Positions 1 to 12,269 of a stretch of DNA of 64,000 nucleotides are shown here, one piece after another. The DNA lies in contig NC_057755.1 in assembly GCF_004010195.1 (NCBI RefSeq), positions 11,879,660 to 11,943,659 on the forward strand, given 5' to 3'. Position 1 is the stretch's first letter, and each line of letters begins with the position of its first letter. The DNA comes from Chiloscyllium plagiosum (Eukaryota). The translations under genes were made by a program, and so were the position numbers. The notes beneath the pieces were generated by a model that was not told the DNA's origin, ran no database searches, and saw only the letters and a list, made by a program, of their open reading frames with translations.

Positions 1-530
1 GACTTTGGTTCGGCCACATTTGGAATACTGCGTATGGTTCTGGTCACCACATTACCAAAAGGAAGTGGATGCTTTGGAGAGGGTGCAGAGAAGATTTACC
101 AGGATGTTGCCTGGAATGGAGAGGGAGTCGTACGAGGATAGGTTGAGAGTTCTCGGCCTTTTCTCGTTGGAACGGCGAAGGATGAGGGGTGACTTGATAG
201 GGGTTTATAAGATGATCAGAGGAATAGATAGAGTAGACAGTCAGAAACTTTTTCCCTGGGTACAACAGAGTGTTACAAGGGGACATAAATTTAAGGTGAA
301 GGGTGGAAGGTATAGGGGAGATGTCAGGGGTGGGTTCTTTACCCAGAGAGTGGTGGGGGCATGGAATGCGCTGCCCGTGGGAGTGGTAGAGTCGGAATCA
401 TTGGCGACCTTTAAGCGGCATTTGGATAGGTACATGGATGGGTACTTAATCTAGGTTAGAAGTTCGGCACAACATCGTGGGCCGAAGGGCCTGTTCTGTG
501 CTGTATTGTTCTATGTTCTATGTTCTATGT
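1..530 (+). mobile_element. CR1-clade LINE, 3' end of ORF2 plus 3' UTR and (TTCTATG)n tail (young family)
   Basis: ORF 5..454 has the CR1 ORF2 C-terminal motifs VRPHLEYCV.FWSP and LERVQRRFTRMLPG; ends in gttctatgttctatgttctatg. Confidence 0.9.
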
Positions 531-1925
531 AATTTTGCTTACTAATCTCTTGTGTGAGACTTTGTAAAAAGCCTTTGAAAGTTCAGATATACAAAAGTCC
601 ATTGATTCGCGCTTGTCCACTCTACCAGTTACATCTCAAAGAATTCCAGAAAGTTTTTCAAGCATGATTGCCTTTTAGTGAATCCATGATGATTTGGAAT
701 GATCCTGTTAACTGCTTTCCAAATACTCAGTTGTTATATCCTTAATAATTGACTATAGCATTTTTCCCAACACCAATGTCAGGCTAACTGGCCTATAATT
801 CCCTGTTTTCTCTCATGCTACTTTTTTAAAAAGGGGAGTTACATTAGCTACCCTCCCAGCCATTTGAACTTTTCAAGAGTCTATAGTTTGCTGGAAGATA
901 ATCACCAAAGTTTCCACTGTTTCTAGGGCCACGGTCCTGAAGTGCTCTGAGACGTAGATCATCAGACCCTGGGGACTCATCGGGTTTTAATTGCATCAAT
1001 TTCCCCAATACCATTTCCTGACTCATGAGAATTACTTTCAGTTCCCCCTCCATGCTTGATCCTCTGTCCCCAGAGGCTATTTGTGGCAGATCCACAAAAG
1101 TGAAGACAGATCCAAAGTATTTGTTCAACTTGTCTGCCATCTCTTTATTGTCTATTATGAATTCACCTGATTCTAACTGTAAGGGACCTACATTTGTCTT
1201 CACCACTTTTTCTGTCAGTTTTTATGCTTTCCACAAGCTTGCTCATATATTCTACTTTTCCTTTCCGAATTAAACCCTTTGTCCTCCTCTGCTGAATTTC
1301 AATTTTCTCCCAGTCCTCAGATTTGCTGCTTTTTCTGACCAATTTATATGCCTTCTCTTTGGCTTTAACATGATCCCTGATTTCCCTTGTTGGTCATGGT
1401 TGAGCTACCTTCCCTGTTTTGCTGTTGTGCCAGACGGTGATATACAATTATTGAAGTTTATCCATATGTTCTTTAAATGTCTAGCATTGCTTTTCCATCA
1501 TCAACCCCTTAAGTATCATTGATCAGCTTATTCAAGTCAATGCATGTCTCATACCATCAAAGTTAGCTTTCTTCAAGTTCAGGACCATAGTCTCAGATTT
1601 AACTGTGTCAGTCTCCATATTAATGAAGAATTCTACCATATTATGCTCACTCGTCCTCAAGAATCTTGCACCGCAGTGTTGCTAATTAATCCTCTCTTAT
1701 TACATAATACCGAGTTTAGGATGGCCTGCTGTCTAGTTGGTTTCTCAACATACTCGTTGAGATGCCCATCCCGCATACATTCTGGAGAATCCTCCTCCAT
1801 CACATTGCTGTCAGTTTGGTTAGTCCAATCAATATACAGATTGAAGTCACCCATAATACCTCCTGCATCTTTACTGCACACCTCACAACTACTGTTAGGT
1901 GGTCTGTACACAGCTCCCACTAACC
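531..1925 (-). mobile_element. Degraded CR1 LINE (APE endonuclease to RT fragments)
   Basis: Minus-strand ORF remnants: VYRPPNS, MGDFNL, KPDESPGSD; NYRPVSL-type sequence near 780-810. Confidence 0.75.
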
Positions 1926-2418
1926 CAGGTAAACAAAATTCCAAAGATTAGAAGTCAGCATCAGGAGATGGAAAGTTATTTTCTCTCAGTTATTTTGATT
2001 TTAGCAATAATGGCACAGGCACAGGTTGACAGGCATTGTTCAATTTGATTGTTCAAGGTGGCAGGCAACTGGAAGGTGATAGGCGCATTCCTGTTGCCTA
2101 CCACTTCAACACACTATTATCACTACTGGCCAACATTTCTGTCTCCTGCCGCAGTGCTCCACTGAAGCTTATAGCAAACTGGATGAGCGGCACCTCGTTT
2201 TCAGGCGATAGTGTTGAGTTCAGTAATTTTAGAACCTGAACACCAACTTCTATGTCATTTACCCGCACCCACACTCCAGGTCCTGTCATAATCTCTTTGA
2301 TTCTATATCTGCTGTATGGAAACTGGCCCTTGCCCATGCCACCCATTTTCACAATTAATCTAGTCCCATTTGCCTGCATTTGGTCCCTATCACTCCATAC
2401 CTATCCCATGCATGTAGA

Positions 2419-2530
2419 TAGGAGAAAGTGAGGACTGCAGATGCTGGATATCAGAGTCAAGAGTGTGGTGCTAGAAAAGCACAGCAGGTCAGGCAGCATC
2501 CAAGGAGCAGGAGAGTCAACGTTTCGGGCA
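2419..2530. mobile_element. Penelope-like terminal repeat relic
   Basis: ggagaaagtgaggactgcagatgctgg...acgtttcgggc matches the repeats at 14428-14630, 32836-32965 and 55769-55986. Confidence 0.65.
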
Positions 2531-2834
2531 TATGAGCTGCTTTCAGTAAGCAAACAAATTTTCACCTTCTTACGATCTCTATTATCAGCTTTTCTTTCTC
2601 CTGAGCATACCATCATCCATCCCTTTCTCCCTAACTGTCATTCTCGATCTGGGCTCCATTTTTGCCTAAGAACTCAGTCCTTTCCATCATTTCTAGAGAA
2701 GGATCACTGGACTGGAAGCGTAAACTGTTTTCTCTCCCCTGATCCTCCCAGACCTCCTGACTTTCTCCAGCAATTTCTGCTCTTGTTCATTTCTTCATGA
2801 GAACTGATGTAAAACTTTGCTTTTGTTATTGTAG

Positions 2835-5121
2835 GTATAGCAACACCCTCTCAGGAGATCGTGCACAGTGCCTTGGGCTCCCTGATTCAGGAGAGGAAGA
2901 TTTATCACACTGGTGAAGGCTATTTCATTGTCACTCCACAGACCTACTTCATTGCAGGTAGCATGGGAATGCAGAGACAGCCCTGGGTCCTCCATGAGGA
3001 AAGCGCTGCCTCACCTGATCGTGTTATATATCTTGTGAGTGTGGAGAGCAGTCAGGAGCCATTGCAGAAGGAGAGGGTCCTTCCTGATGGAGCCCCCCAT
3101 TGCAAGTCCTGTCGCTGCTTCAGCCAGCCAATGGAAAAGCAACAGGCTGACCCCCGTTTCTGCAAGAACAGCCCAGGCCAGAGGAGCTGCAAGGAGCACA
3201 AGCCTGCAGTCCAGCACAGGGCCACCTCTACAGCATTTGGGCCACGCAGGGCCAAAGAGAAAGGAATTCCCATCCGAAAATTCAGCCTCAGTCTGTTCCG
3301 ACGCAACAAAAAAAAAGACAGCCCCAAGAGAGCGTATGGGACTTTCTCAGCCCAGTTTCCCCCAGAGGAGTGGCCAGTACGTGATGAGAACAGTGTGGGG
3401 AACATTCCCCGAGACGTGGAGCACCAACTCATCAAACGTATCAATCCTGGACTGACTGTAGAGAACCTGGTCAGGCACACCTTAATGATGAAGAAACTGG
3501 GCAGAGAGAGCACTGCCCAATTTCATGGCAGTGGCTCACTGGATCAGTTGATTGGCAAGCATCATTCTGAAGAAAACCCCCAAAAGACAGCAGCTAAACT
3601 GCAACAACAGCATCGGAAGATGAGGTCCAGCAGGGAGAAGAAAAGGCTTAAGTCCAAGGGATCTCTGCAATTGACTAAGGGTCTCCCCAAGCCTGGGAAT
3701 AGTCAAAATGTTAAGGAACTGGCCAAGCACAGGAGTGAAGGAGAACAAATGCTTTTTGAGGAGCAGCCAACCCAGGCTTGCAGGAGTAGTATCCCAATCA
3801 CACAACTACACCAGAAGAGAATCGATGATCCTTTCACCAAGGGCAAACACTATTTTGCCCAAAATACCATAATCAACAATCCGAGGTTGAGGCAGAGGTC
3901 ACAGTCTGTGGATTCCTCCAGCAGGGGACAGGATGCTGTCTCCGTAAGAGAGATTGCTCCGGAGAAGTTCCACCCCAACACCGCTGCCTATCTCATCAGG
4001 CCAGCTGAAGAAGGTAACAAGGAGCAGCTACAAAGTCATGATGTTAGGACAGAGTGCAGAAATCAGGTTCTCATATACCACAATGTCCCCACTGGCTGTG
4101 AATCCCAGGATCACCTGAATAAAAATCAAACACCTGGCTCTCCCCAAAATATGCAGACTTCAAATCACACCCATAGCTGTGCCCAGCAATCTCTCCAAGA
4201 GCAGGAATCAGAGGAATTTAGCAATGTAACAAGGCCAGAGATCAGCCATGAGTATGAGGATAGTTCTGTCCCTCAATCTTTGTGCGATCGAATTTCCAAG
4301 CAGGGTCAGAACTCTACAACAGTGAAGTGTGCAAGTATGGAGAGTCTATCAAGCCTATCTCCTCTGTCTGATGCACAGCGAATGTCCCCCAACCAAGCAC
4401 AACAGTCTGAGGGTGAAACAGCCAGCCAACCAGAGACCAATGAGGAAAGGAGTGAGGCCTTTACTGATGAGGATCAGGCCTTGTATCAGAGAGAGCTGGA
4501 CGAGGATGATGCCTGCAGTTCACTGTACCTCGATGATGCTGAGCTGCCCGCACCTCTGCCTGGCCTCGACTGTGCCGATGATCCTGGGAGTGAAGGTGAG
4601 CTGTCCAATGAAAGCTGGGTTTTATCCAAGATGCTGCTGCAGGAGGAGCAAACTCCAGAAAGTGAATTTGCTGGACAGCAGGTGGAGAGCTGGTTAAACG
4701 GAACAAGTGACAGCAGCATGGGACACTCCACACCTTGCTATGGGAAGGAGACTCGCAGTCCACTTTGCAGATACCAACCAATATCACCATTGCCATATGA
4801 ACATCTGGAGAAAGAGGAACATCCAAGTGGGTGCAGAGAGCTCATCAGCAATATATTTGATTACTGTAATGTAACAGTTACTGACTCTTCTCCAGAGACT
4901 CTTCACACACTGAATAATGAAGGCATCAGAAACCCAGCCAGTCAGAACCTCTGGGCTGTGCCCAGAATGAAAACTCAGTTGATGGGAAATTTGGAGCACA
5001 ACCAATTTCCTCACCACTCCCACAATACTTCATTATTACAGACCAGCCAAGAAGAGAGTACTCATCTGGAGTTGCTGGAAAACCACAGCATTACTGGAGA
5101 TAGTGGTATTGACTCGCCAAG
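2835..5121 (+). CDS. STOX1: Storkhead-box protein 1, large internal (penultimate) coding exon
   Basis: Acceptor ttgtag at 2829-2834. Reads (G)IATPSQEIVHSALGSLIQERKIYHTGEGYFIVTPQTYFI (end of winged helix, STOX1-type YHTGEG), FSAQFPPEEWPVRDE...IPRDVEHQLIKRINP and HSITGDSGIDSPR. Donor AG|gtgagt at 5121/5122. Confidence 0.93.
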
Positions 5122-5447
5122 GTGAGTGTTCAAGGAACTGAAGGGCTCCACTGGCTCAGGGATGGTAGGGTTTTGCTGGGTTACTGATTGAAAACATCAT
5201 TAACAACAGACAATCTGGTCATTGATGTTTGCGGAAGATTTCTGTGAATAAATTGGCAACCAACTTTCTGACATTGTAGTAGTGATTATAAGAACTAATT
5301 CAGCTGATTGTGTCTGCGCCTACTGTCCAAAGAGTTTTACAGCTTAGTCCATATCCTTGTAAATTGAGATATGAAAGGGAGGAAGGGACTTAAAACAATT
5401 CCAGTTCCCAGGGAAGTACGTTAAGGAAAGTATTAGAATTAATACAC

Positions 5448-5743
5448 GGGCGGCATGGTGGCTCAGTGGTTAGCACTGCTGCCTCACAGTGCCAGAGACC
5501 CGGGTTCGTTCCCACCTCGGGCAACTGTCTGTGTGGAGTATGCACATTCTCCCCATGTCTATGTGGGTTTCCTCCCACAGTCCAAAGATGTACAGGTTGG
5601 GTGAATTGGCCATGTTAAATTGCCCGTAGTGTTAGGTGGATTAGTCAGCAGTAAATGTAGGGGGGTGGGTTGCTCTTCGGAGGGTCAGTGTAGACTTGTT
5701 GGGCCGAAGGACCTGTTTCCACACTAATCTAATCTAATCTAAT
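5448..5743 (+). mobile_element. HE1-like tRNA-derived V-SINE
   Basis: tRNA-like head with A box (tggctcagtgg) and B box (gggttcgttccc), CR1-like 3' end and (ctaat)n tail. Confidence 0.85.
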
Positions 5744-5749
5744 GTCAGA

Positions 5750-6193
5750 AATCAATAGGTCCTAGTGGACTAGAAAGAAAAGGCATATTGATTGAAATTA
5801 TGTAAAAATTTCCAAGATCCTGAAAAGTTCTATCAGACTGGGAAGTCACAAATGTGACTTCTCTATTCAGGAAAGGAATGAGACAGCAAGTAGAAAACTA
5901 CAGGCTAGTTAGCCTAACATTTATCAGAGGGATAAGGCAATTATAATTATTAGAAAATCTGATAAGATTAAGCAAAGTCAAAATGGTTTTGTGAAATCAT
6001 ATTTGGTTATGATTTGGAAGTGCCGGTGTTGGATTCGGCAGTACAAAGTTAAAAATCATACAACATCTGGTTATAGTCCAACAGATTTATTTGGAAGCAC
6101 TAGCACTAGTTCTTTGAGGAAGTAACAAGTAACGTGGATGAGCTGTAAATGTACTAACTTGAATTTCTAAAGACATTTGAGAAGGTGTGTGTG

Positions 6194-6225
<32 letters not shown>

Positions 6226-6835
6226 AAAGATTACTGCACAAACTAAGGGCTTGTGGTGTCAGGGAGAACATACTAGCATGGATAAATCATATATTGGCTA
6301 AAAGAAAGCAGAGTGTAAGCATAGGTGATTTAGAATGACAAGCTGTGACCAGTGGAGTGCCACAGGGATCCGTGCTGGGGCCTCAACTATTTAAAATCTG
6401 CATCAGTGACTTCGATGAAGGGACTGAATGCATTTTTAGGTTTTCTAACAACACAAAGGCACTTGATTCAACAAATAGATTTAGACAGGTTATGTGACTG
6501 GGCAAAAATATATGGGTGAGGTATCACATGGCAAAATGTGAACTTACCCATTTTGTCAGAGAGAATAAAAAAGCAGCATAATATTTAAATTGAGAGAATT
6601 CAAAGCTCTGTGATTCAGAGGAATCATTGTATACTGGTGAATGAACTACAAAGTTAACCAGCACAGTGAGTGATAATGGAAGTGTATGGAATGTTGCGGT
6701 TCATTACAAGGGGCATGGAACATAGGAGTTGGGATGTTTTGCTGGAAGCAGTTCAGAGAAGGTTCACTCACCTGATTCTAAGAATGAAGGGATTATCTTA
6801 TGAGGTAAGGTTGGATAGGCTGGGCCTGTTTTCTT
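5750..6835 (+). mobile_element. Highly degraded CR1 RT region in STOX1 intron, with PLE terminal fragment at ~6012-6108 and (TA)n at ~6195-6223
   Basis: aactacaggctagttagcctaac (NYRxVSL) and agtggagtgccacagggatc (SGVPQGS) remnants. Confidence 0.65.
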
Positions 6836-6839
6836 AAAA

Positions 6840-7334
6840 TGATGTCCCATTTCCTTATCCCCGTATCATCCGAAGCAAAACATCCGAGACACAGTATAGT
6901 TTTACATCCTTATTCTTTATTCTGAGCCCTGGAGGGAGAGAGAATGATCACCCATGTGCACACAGACATGAGTTCTCGGTCTTCTCTTGAACAGCAGGAG
7001 CATCCAGATAAGGCAACATGTTGATTGGGTGACCGTTACAATCAGTGAGTGTCAGTAGTAGAGATTAAGCTATCTGGCGTTATACAATAAATAACTGACT
7101 TCACATAATGAATGCTTTTCACCTTGTTAACTGACTTTATATACCGAATGCTTCTTCATCTTGTTAAATGGCTTTATTAATGAATGCTTTTTCACCTTGT
7201 TAACCCATTACTCTTGCCCCCAGTACCTCATTGTTTACTGCCAGTTCTTATATGATCTGAGTCATGCTTGGCTGAACTTTTGTTTCACAAAACTCAAAAC
7301 TTAACTCTTTCCATACCTGCTCATATCTTATACA
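6840..7334 (-). mobile_element. Possible solo LTR with internal ~35-bp tandem repeats
   Basis: TG...CA bounded insert interrupting a CR1; three aatgaatgcttttcaccttgttaac-like units at ~7105-7205; AATAAA on the minus strand near 6920. Confidence 0.4.
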
Positions 7335-7624
7335 CTTTCTCAAAAAGATTTAAGAAGGCTGATGCTGAAAGGATGTTTCCTATTGTGGGAAAGAGAAGGG
7401 CACAGTTGAAAAATTAAGAAAGAGCGAGAGACTGCTCCTTTATTTTCTTTCACTTCTCTTGATATATATAATGGCTTAACTTTTGAAAAGACTAAGGTAG
7501 CTTTTCCAAAATCCCTGTTTGTAGAAATCAATTTTAAAGTGATTGCAGCAAACTCACTTAGGTGTAGGATTTTATTTTTTCCTCATGTTCAGTCTCAGAA
7601 TGAGTGTTACCCGACCTCTGACCA

Positions 7625-7945
7625 CATGCACACACACGTACACATATAACACGCACATTCACAATATGGATATACACAAAGACAATATATGTGCACAAAC
7701 AAAGTGCTTATGTGCAAAAAGACAGAACATGCATGCACATACAGACACAACACATGCCCCATTACAAAGTGCACACAGACATTCACAACATGTGCACACA
7801 AGACATATATAACAAGCACAAAGCACAGACAACATACATGGAGACATAGCATGTAAACATACACAGGTGTACACAACATATGTGCACATCGAGGCACACA
7901 CACATTCACAAGAAGGTACACATACAAAAGCACAGAAATATACAC
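7625..7945. repeat. Degenerate (CA)n-rich low-complexity repeat
   Basis: cacacac/catacac/gcacaca runs; the overlapping ORFs are compositional artefacts. Confidence 0.85.
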
Positions 7946-8796
7946 AGAGGAGTTTTAAAATTCTGTCAGAATTAGTGATAAGGCAATTCATGTGGAGGTT
8001 ATTAGACCAAGAATCAGTTTGCTTTTCCAAGTGAACCTTCCAAAGCAGCTTTTTAAGGAGGTTTCAGGTTTTAACTCGATTGTTAGTTTGGACAGGCATA
8101 CTGTTAGCCTAGAAGTCTACTACACTTCTCTGTACTGGGGTTGAAAGCAAAATCCTTTAAGAGTTGAGAATATGTAATTAAAGTTTGACAGAACTCTAAA
8201 GGAGTTTCAATTACATGATGCTAGCCATCAACAGCTGGCTGATAATTATTGAGCCAATCACGTTAACAAAGAGTTTCCGCTCCCGTGGCCAAATCCAAAG
8301 TTAGCAACGTCTTTAGGCATGAGACAAGAAACATAGGTTGCTGAAAAGGCTCAGCAGGTCAAGCAGCATCTGTGACGAGAAATCAAAGTTAACGTTAGTG
8401 GTCCGGTGACCATTCAGTTGTTTTGGTTTTTATTTAAGCATGGGGAGTTTGGAGATGTCTTTTTTTTAGTGAGCTAGGCTCTGTGACCAGGGCTCTGAGT
8501 TCTCTTTGTTTTGATTCATCAACACAATAATAAGTGAGAAATTCTGCAATGGTGGCCTGTCTTACTATGTCCCCCTGCAGTGTGCAGCACATCAGCCAAC
8601 TTGTGATCATGGCAGCAGTTTTAAAGTTCCTACAAAGATAATGCTTTAAAAATGAAAAGAAAAATCAGCTTTTGTTTTGCACCGTTCCCTTTGACATCAT
8701 AGGCAGAGATGAAAATTGTTTCTCTTCAAAGGTGTTCTGGGAAAAGTTCTGTGAAATTCTCTTACCTAGAGACTAGTCAAACTTGGATGACTGACT

Positions 8797-8944
8797 CCAA
8801 AAGAGAAAATGCTGGAAAATATCAGCAGGTTTGGCAGCATCTGTAAGGAGAGAAAAGAGCTGACCTTTCGAGTCTAACTGACCCTTTATCAAAGCTTTCT
8901 CTTTTGGTTTCAGATTCCAGCATCTGCAGTAATTTGCTTTTATC
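8797..8944. mobile_element. Short PLE-terminus-derived insertion with 13-bp TSD and a degenerate hammerhead core on the minus strand (8859-8895)
   Basis: tggatgactgact at 8784-8796 and 8945-8957; minus strand reads gct-TTGATAA-a-gggtc-agtta-gactc-GAAA-gg-TC-agc. Confidence 0.65.
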
Positions 8945-9752
8945 TGGATGACTGACTATCTTAATGCTGGTTTAGGTAGTTTCTTGATTGACCAAAAAGT
9001 CAATGTGGAATTGAGGCCACAATTAGATTAGCCATGATTTTCCTCGATAGAAGAGCAGGCTTGTGTGGTTGAAAAACCTACTTCTGTTCCTAATTTATGT
9101 GTACATTGTAGATAGGGAGAATCTGTCTCCACTGACAGGTGAGTTTGTAGTTGAAGGCCACAAATTTAAGATCATTTACAAAAACAAGGCAAGTCAGGGA
9201 AGTGGGAATATGAAAGATTTTTTAAATTGTTTGCCAAACCAGCATTTACTGACCATCCTAATTGCCATTAAAGTGTACCTGAGTGTCTTCTTGACAACCA
9301 GATGTCTTACCAAGCCATTGAAGAGGACAATCAAGAGTCAGCCATATTGCTGAGTGACTGGAGTTGCACATAGTCAAAAAAGGGTATGAATGATAGATTT
9401 CCTTCCAAAAGGACATGAGTGAATCAGATGGTTTTTACAGTAAGTTAGTAATTATGTGGTTACCATTGCTGAGACTAGCTTTTTATTCCTGAAATGCAGT
9501 GCCTGAAAGGATGATGGAAGTAGCTTCAACAGTAACTTTCAGAAAGAAATTGGATAAAAGTATTTATTCACAAGTGTTAAAAGTAAGAAGCACAAATTTC
9601 AGGGCTTAAGAGCAGGGGGAGTGAGACCAAACAGAAAGTTCTTTCAAGGAACTGGAACTGCACAATAGGCTAAATGTCCTGCTGATTTCATAATGTTTCT
9701 CAAGTTAAAGACTACAGAAATGATCATTCCTAAATGTGAGCTTGTTTTCCAG

Positions 9753-9909
9753 GACCCGAGTGAGTTTGGCATCAAATAATTCAATCATTCTGGACAGCTT
9801 GAAGCGGCGGAGTTTGATGCAAAATTATGGAACTTTGAGCAGCACTGGACAGAATGGTGTTTTTTCCCAGCATCCCTTACTGCAGCTCACCCCAGTAATG
9901 AATGTTTGA
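9753..9909 (+). CDS. STOX1: STOX1 terminal coding exon
   Basis: Acceptor cttgttttccag ending at 9752, phase-compatible with the 5121 donor (AG|G = Arg). Translates RTRVSLASNNSIILDSLKRRSLMQ...HPLLQLTPVMNV*, matching the conserved STOX C-terminus. Confidence 0.92.
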
Positions 9910-10004
9910 CTGACCGCTGTGTTGACTGACCCAAGAATGTAAAATGCCAGATTCTTGTGTGTTGTAAATGGTAAATCAATTATGAATTGCACAGCTCTAT
10001 GCAA

Positions 10005-10230
10005 TGAAGACAGAAAAACCAAAAGAACTGTGGATACAGGAAATCCAAAACAAAAGCAGAAATTGCTGTAAAACAAGAATGGCAGAATCTGTGGAGAGAC
10101 ATCAGACTCGATGTTTCCAGTCCAGTGACCCTTAGGACCAGTTCTGAAGAAGGCTCACAGGACCCAAAATATGTCTCCACAGACACTCCCGATCCTGCTG
10201 AAATTTCCAACAATTTCTGTTTGTGTTTAT
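10005..10230. mobile_element. Degenerate inverted-repeat PLE terminal relic in STOX1 3' UTR
   Basis: cagaaattgctg...tctgtggagagac and gtctccacaga...caatttctg are inverted; central ctgaagaagg resembles a hammerhead core. Confidence 0.55.
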
Positions 10231-10535
10231 GAAATCAAATCTTTTATACTAATGGCTTTTGTATTGCTCCCATATACTGACTTTTTTTAGTTAGTTCCTG
10301 GTATATGGGTTTTACTGGTAATGTCAACATTTATTGTCCAATCTTAATTACCCTGATTAGTGGTTTTAGTGTATCTAAGCAATTTGCTGAGCCACTTAAG
10401 GGCAGTAAAGAATCAACCACTTTGTCACGTGTCTGGACCATTCAGTATATTAGTGAAACAAATGGATATTTATGGAAATCCAGTAGCTACATGATCACCG
10501 TTTTGGACTCTGGCTTTTCATTCCAGATTTTATTC

Positions 10536-10699
10536 AATAAATAGAATTTAAATTCCACAGTTGCTAGATTACTGGTCCAGTAATATGTCCACAATGCTTA
10601 TCTCTCCTTTTATATTAGATTTATTTGCAAAACCTATGTATTTTTATATGTTACTAAAAGGGATGTTTGTGCGAAAACATTAAAGCAGATAAAAATAAA
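10536..10699 (+). promoter_or_regulatory. Candidate STOX1 polyadenylation signals
   Basis: AATAAA at 10536-10541 and 10694-10699 downstream of the stop codon. Confidence 0.4.
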
Positions 10700-10856
10700 A
10701 ACACGTTTTTAAAAAGTAGCCTTTTAAACTATGAGTTTGGAAATTGCATTTTCTGGGTGAAGAATAAATGCAAGTAATTTTTACTGAGGATTTGCAGAAA
10801 GATTTCAGGACGTCTAAGTTTGTTTGACTGGTTAGGTATCTTCTAATTGTAGTGAT

Positions 10857-11068
10857 TGTAACAAGGATAGCCAAGTGGACATAAAGTGTGAGTTCCCTGA
10901 TTGGGGCTGTTAATCTGGTCCAATCAGGGAGCCCTGCCTAATGCATATAAACAGGAGTGTCAGAGGTTATGTTCACTCTGAGGAGGCTGCATCACTGTGA
11001 AGAACTCTCCCAAGTCTTAATAAAGGGTTACTTGGTGGTGGGATACCGGTCTCTGTGGAGTTATTTCA
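10857..11068 (+). mobile_element. Short solo LTR-like element
   Basis: TGTAAC...TTTCA termini; inverted CCAAT boxes (ccctgattgg / ccaatcaggg), TATAAA and AATAAA in LTR order; no clear TSD. Confidence 0.5.
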
Positions 11069-11399
11069 CTAATCAACCTGTTCAGTGTATTGCACACTTC
11101 AGGGAGAGATGGGACTTGAATCTGCACTTCCTAGCTCAGACATAATGATTCTACCACAACAAAAGAAACCCCATTTGGTTTGTGAATAGAAAGAGGTGGC
11201 ACACAGAGGATATGGACAGAGGAGATAGTCATTAGAACAGGAATATTTCACAACAAAGTCCTGATTGAAGAAAAAATTATGTAAAATCCTTTTGAAAGGG
11301 TACTGGCTAAGGATTTGTGAAATATAATATGATGGTAGTGTTAAAGATTTAAGTTGACTATGGAAAAAGACAAGGTATGATCCAAGGTAAAATAATTAA

Positions 11400-12210
11400 T
11401 TGCCTGAGATTAATCTGCAGACTTTGTAAAGAAAGTTACAAAGGAAGAAATTGATGCCCAAGAACATAGAGAAAGACGGGGTAGTTGAAATATCACTGAG
11501 CTAAAATACAATGACATTGATTATAAATGCTGTCTGTACTTGAAATGATAAAACGTCCAGACTAGATGAGATGCATCTGAGGATGCTTGGTGCACCTCAT
11601 CACGTGGAAATTGAGGAGGCATTGGCAATAATCTTCCAGTTCTCCTAAGAGGTGCCAGAGAGATGGAGAATTGTAAATGTTATCCCTTGTTCAAAAAGGG
11701 GTATGATAATACACCCCAACAACCAGTCAGTTTAAACTCAGTGATGGGGGAAACTTCATAAAATGAGAATTCAGGGAAAAAATTAACTGTCTTTTGGATT
11801 TGTTAAAATCCAGTGTGGATTTGTTAAAGACAAATAGTGTTTAACTAACCTGTTTGAGTTTTTGATCAGGTAACAGAGAGAGAGTTGATGAAATTAATGC
11901 AGTTGATATAGTGTCCATGGACTTTCAAAAAGTAATTGATAAAGCACCAAACAGTAGTTGATCAAAAAAGTTAGAGCTCAAAGAATAAAAAGGACAGTAG
12001 AAATATTATTACAAAGTTAGCCAAGTGACAGAAAACAGAGTAATGAAAAAAGCCTGTTTTTAAGTTTGGAAGAAGGATTTTTGCATTTCTTAATCTACAT
12101 GAGTGACCTAGTGTACAGAACACAATTTCAAAACTTGTAGGTTACCCAAAACTTAGAAATATTGTGAACTTTCAGGTGCATAATGATAATCTTCAAAAGG
12201 ACATGGAACA
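11400..12210 (+). mobile_element. Degraded CR1 RT region
   Basis: Remnants of WRIVNV.PLFKKG, CLTNLFEF and DFQK. Confidence 0.6.
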
Positions 12211-12269
12211 GTCCTAAGTATGCAAGTGTTATACTTTCATGCAGAAAGGTGGCCTACACTTTGGAAGTA

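Noticed and set aside
2058..2104. 12-bp inverted repeat gtggcaggcaac / gttgcctaccac as a structured RNA
   Set aside because: Single short hairpin with no recognisable family or other support
3011..5023. Overlapping and antisense ORFs within the STOX1 exon
   Set aside because: No recognisable motifs; expected shadow ORFs of a long coding exon
2861..5125. 754-aa ORF as a complete single-exon gene
   Set aside because: It starts at GTG and is bounded by splice sites; it is an internal STOX1 exon
5448..5520. tRNA gene
   Set aside because: The A and B boxes belong to the SINE head, which continues into a SINE body and tail; the same applies to the other copies
7543..8030. His/Thr- and Cys/Val-rich ORFs
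   Set aside because: Translations of a (CA)n/(TG)n low-complexity repeat
9225..10590. Two similar degraded segments (~9225-9495 and ~10310-10590) as conserved STOX1 regulatory elements
   Set aside because: They look like two copies of an old interspersed repeat; the family could not be assigned by eye
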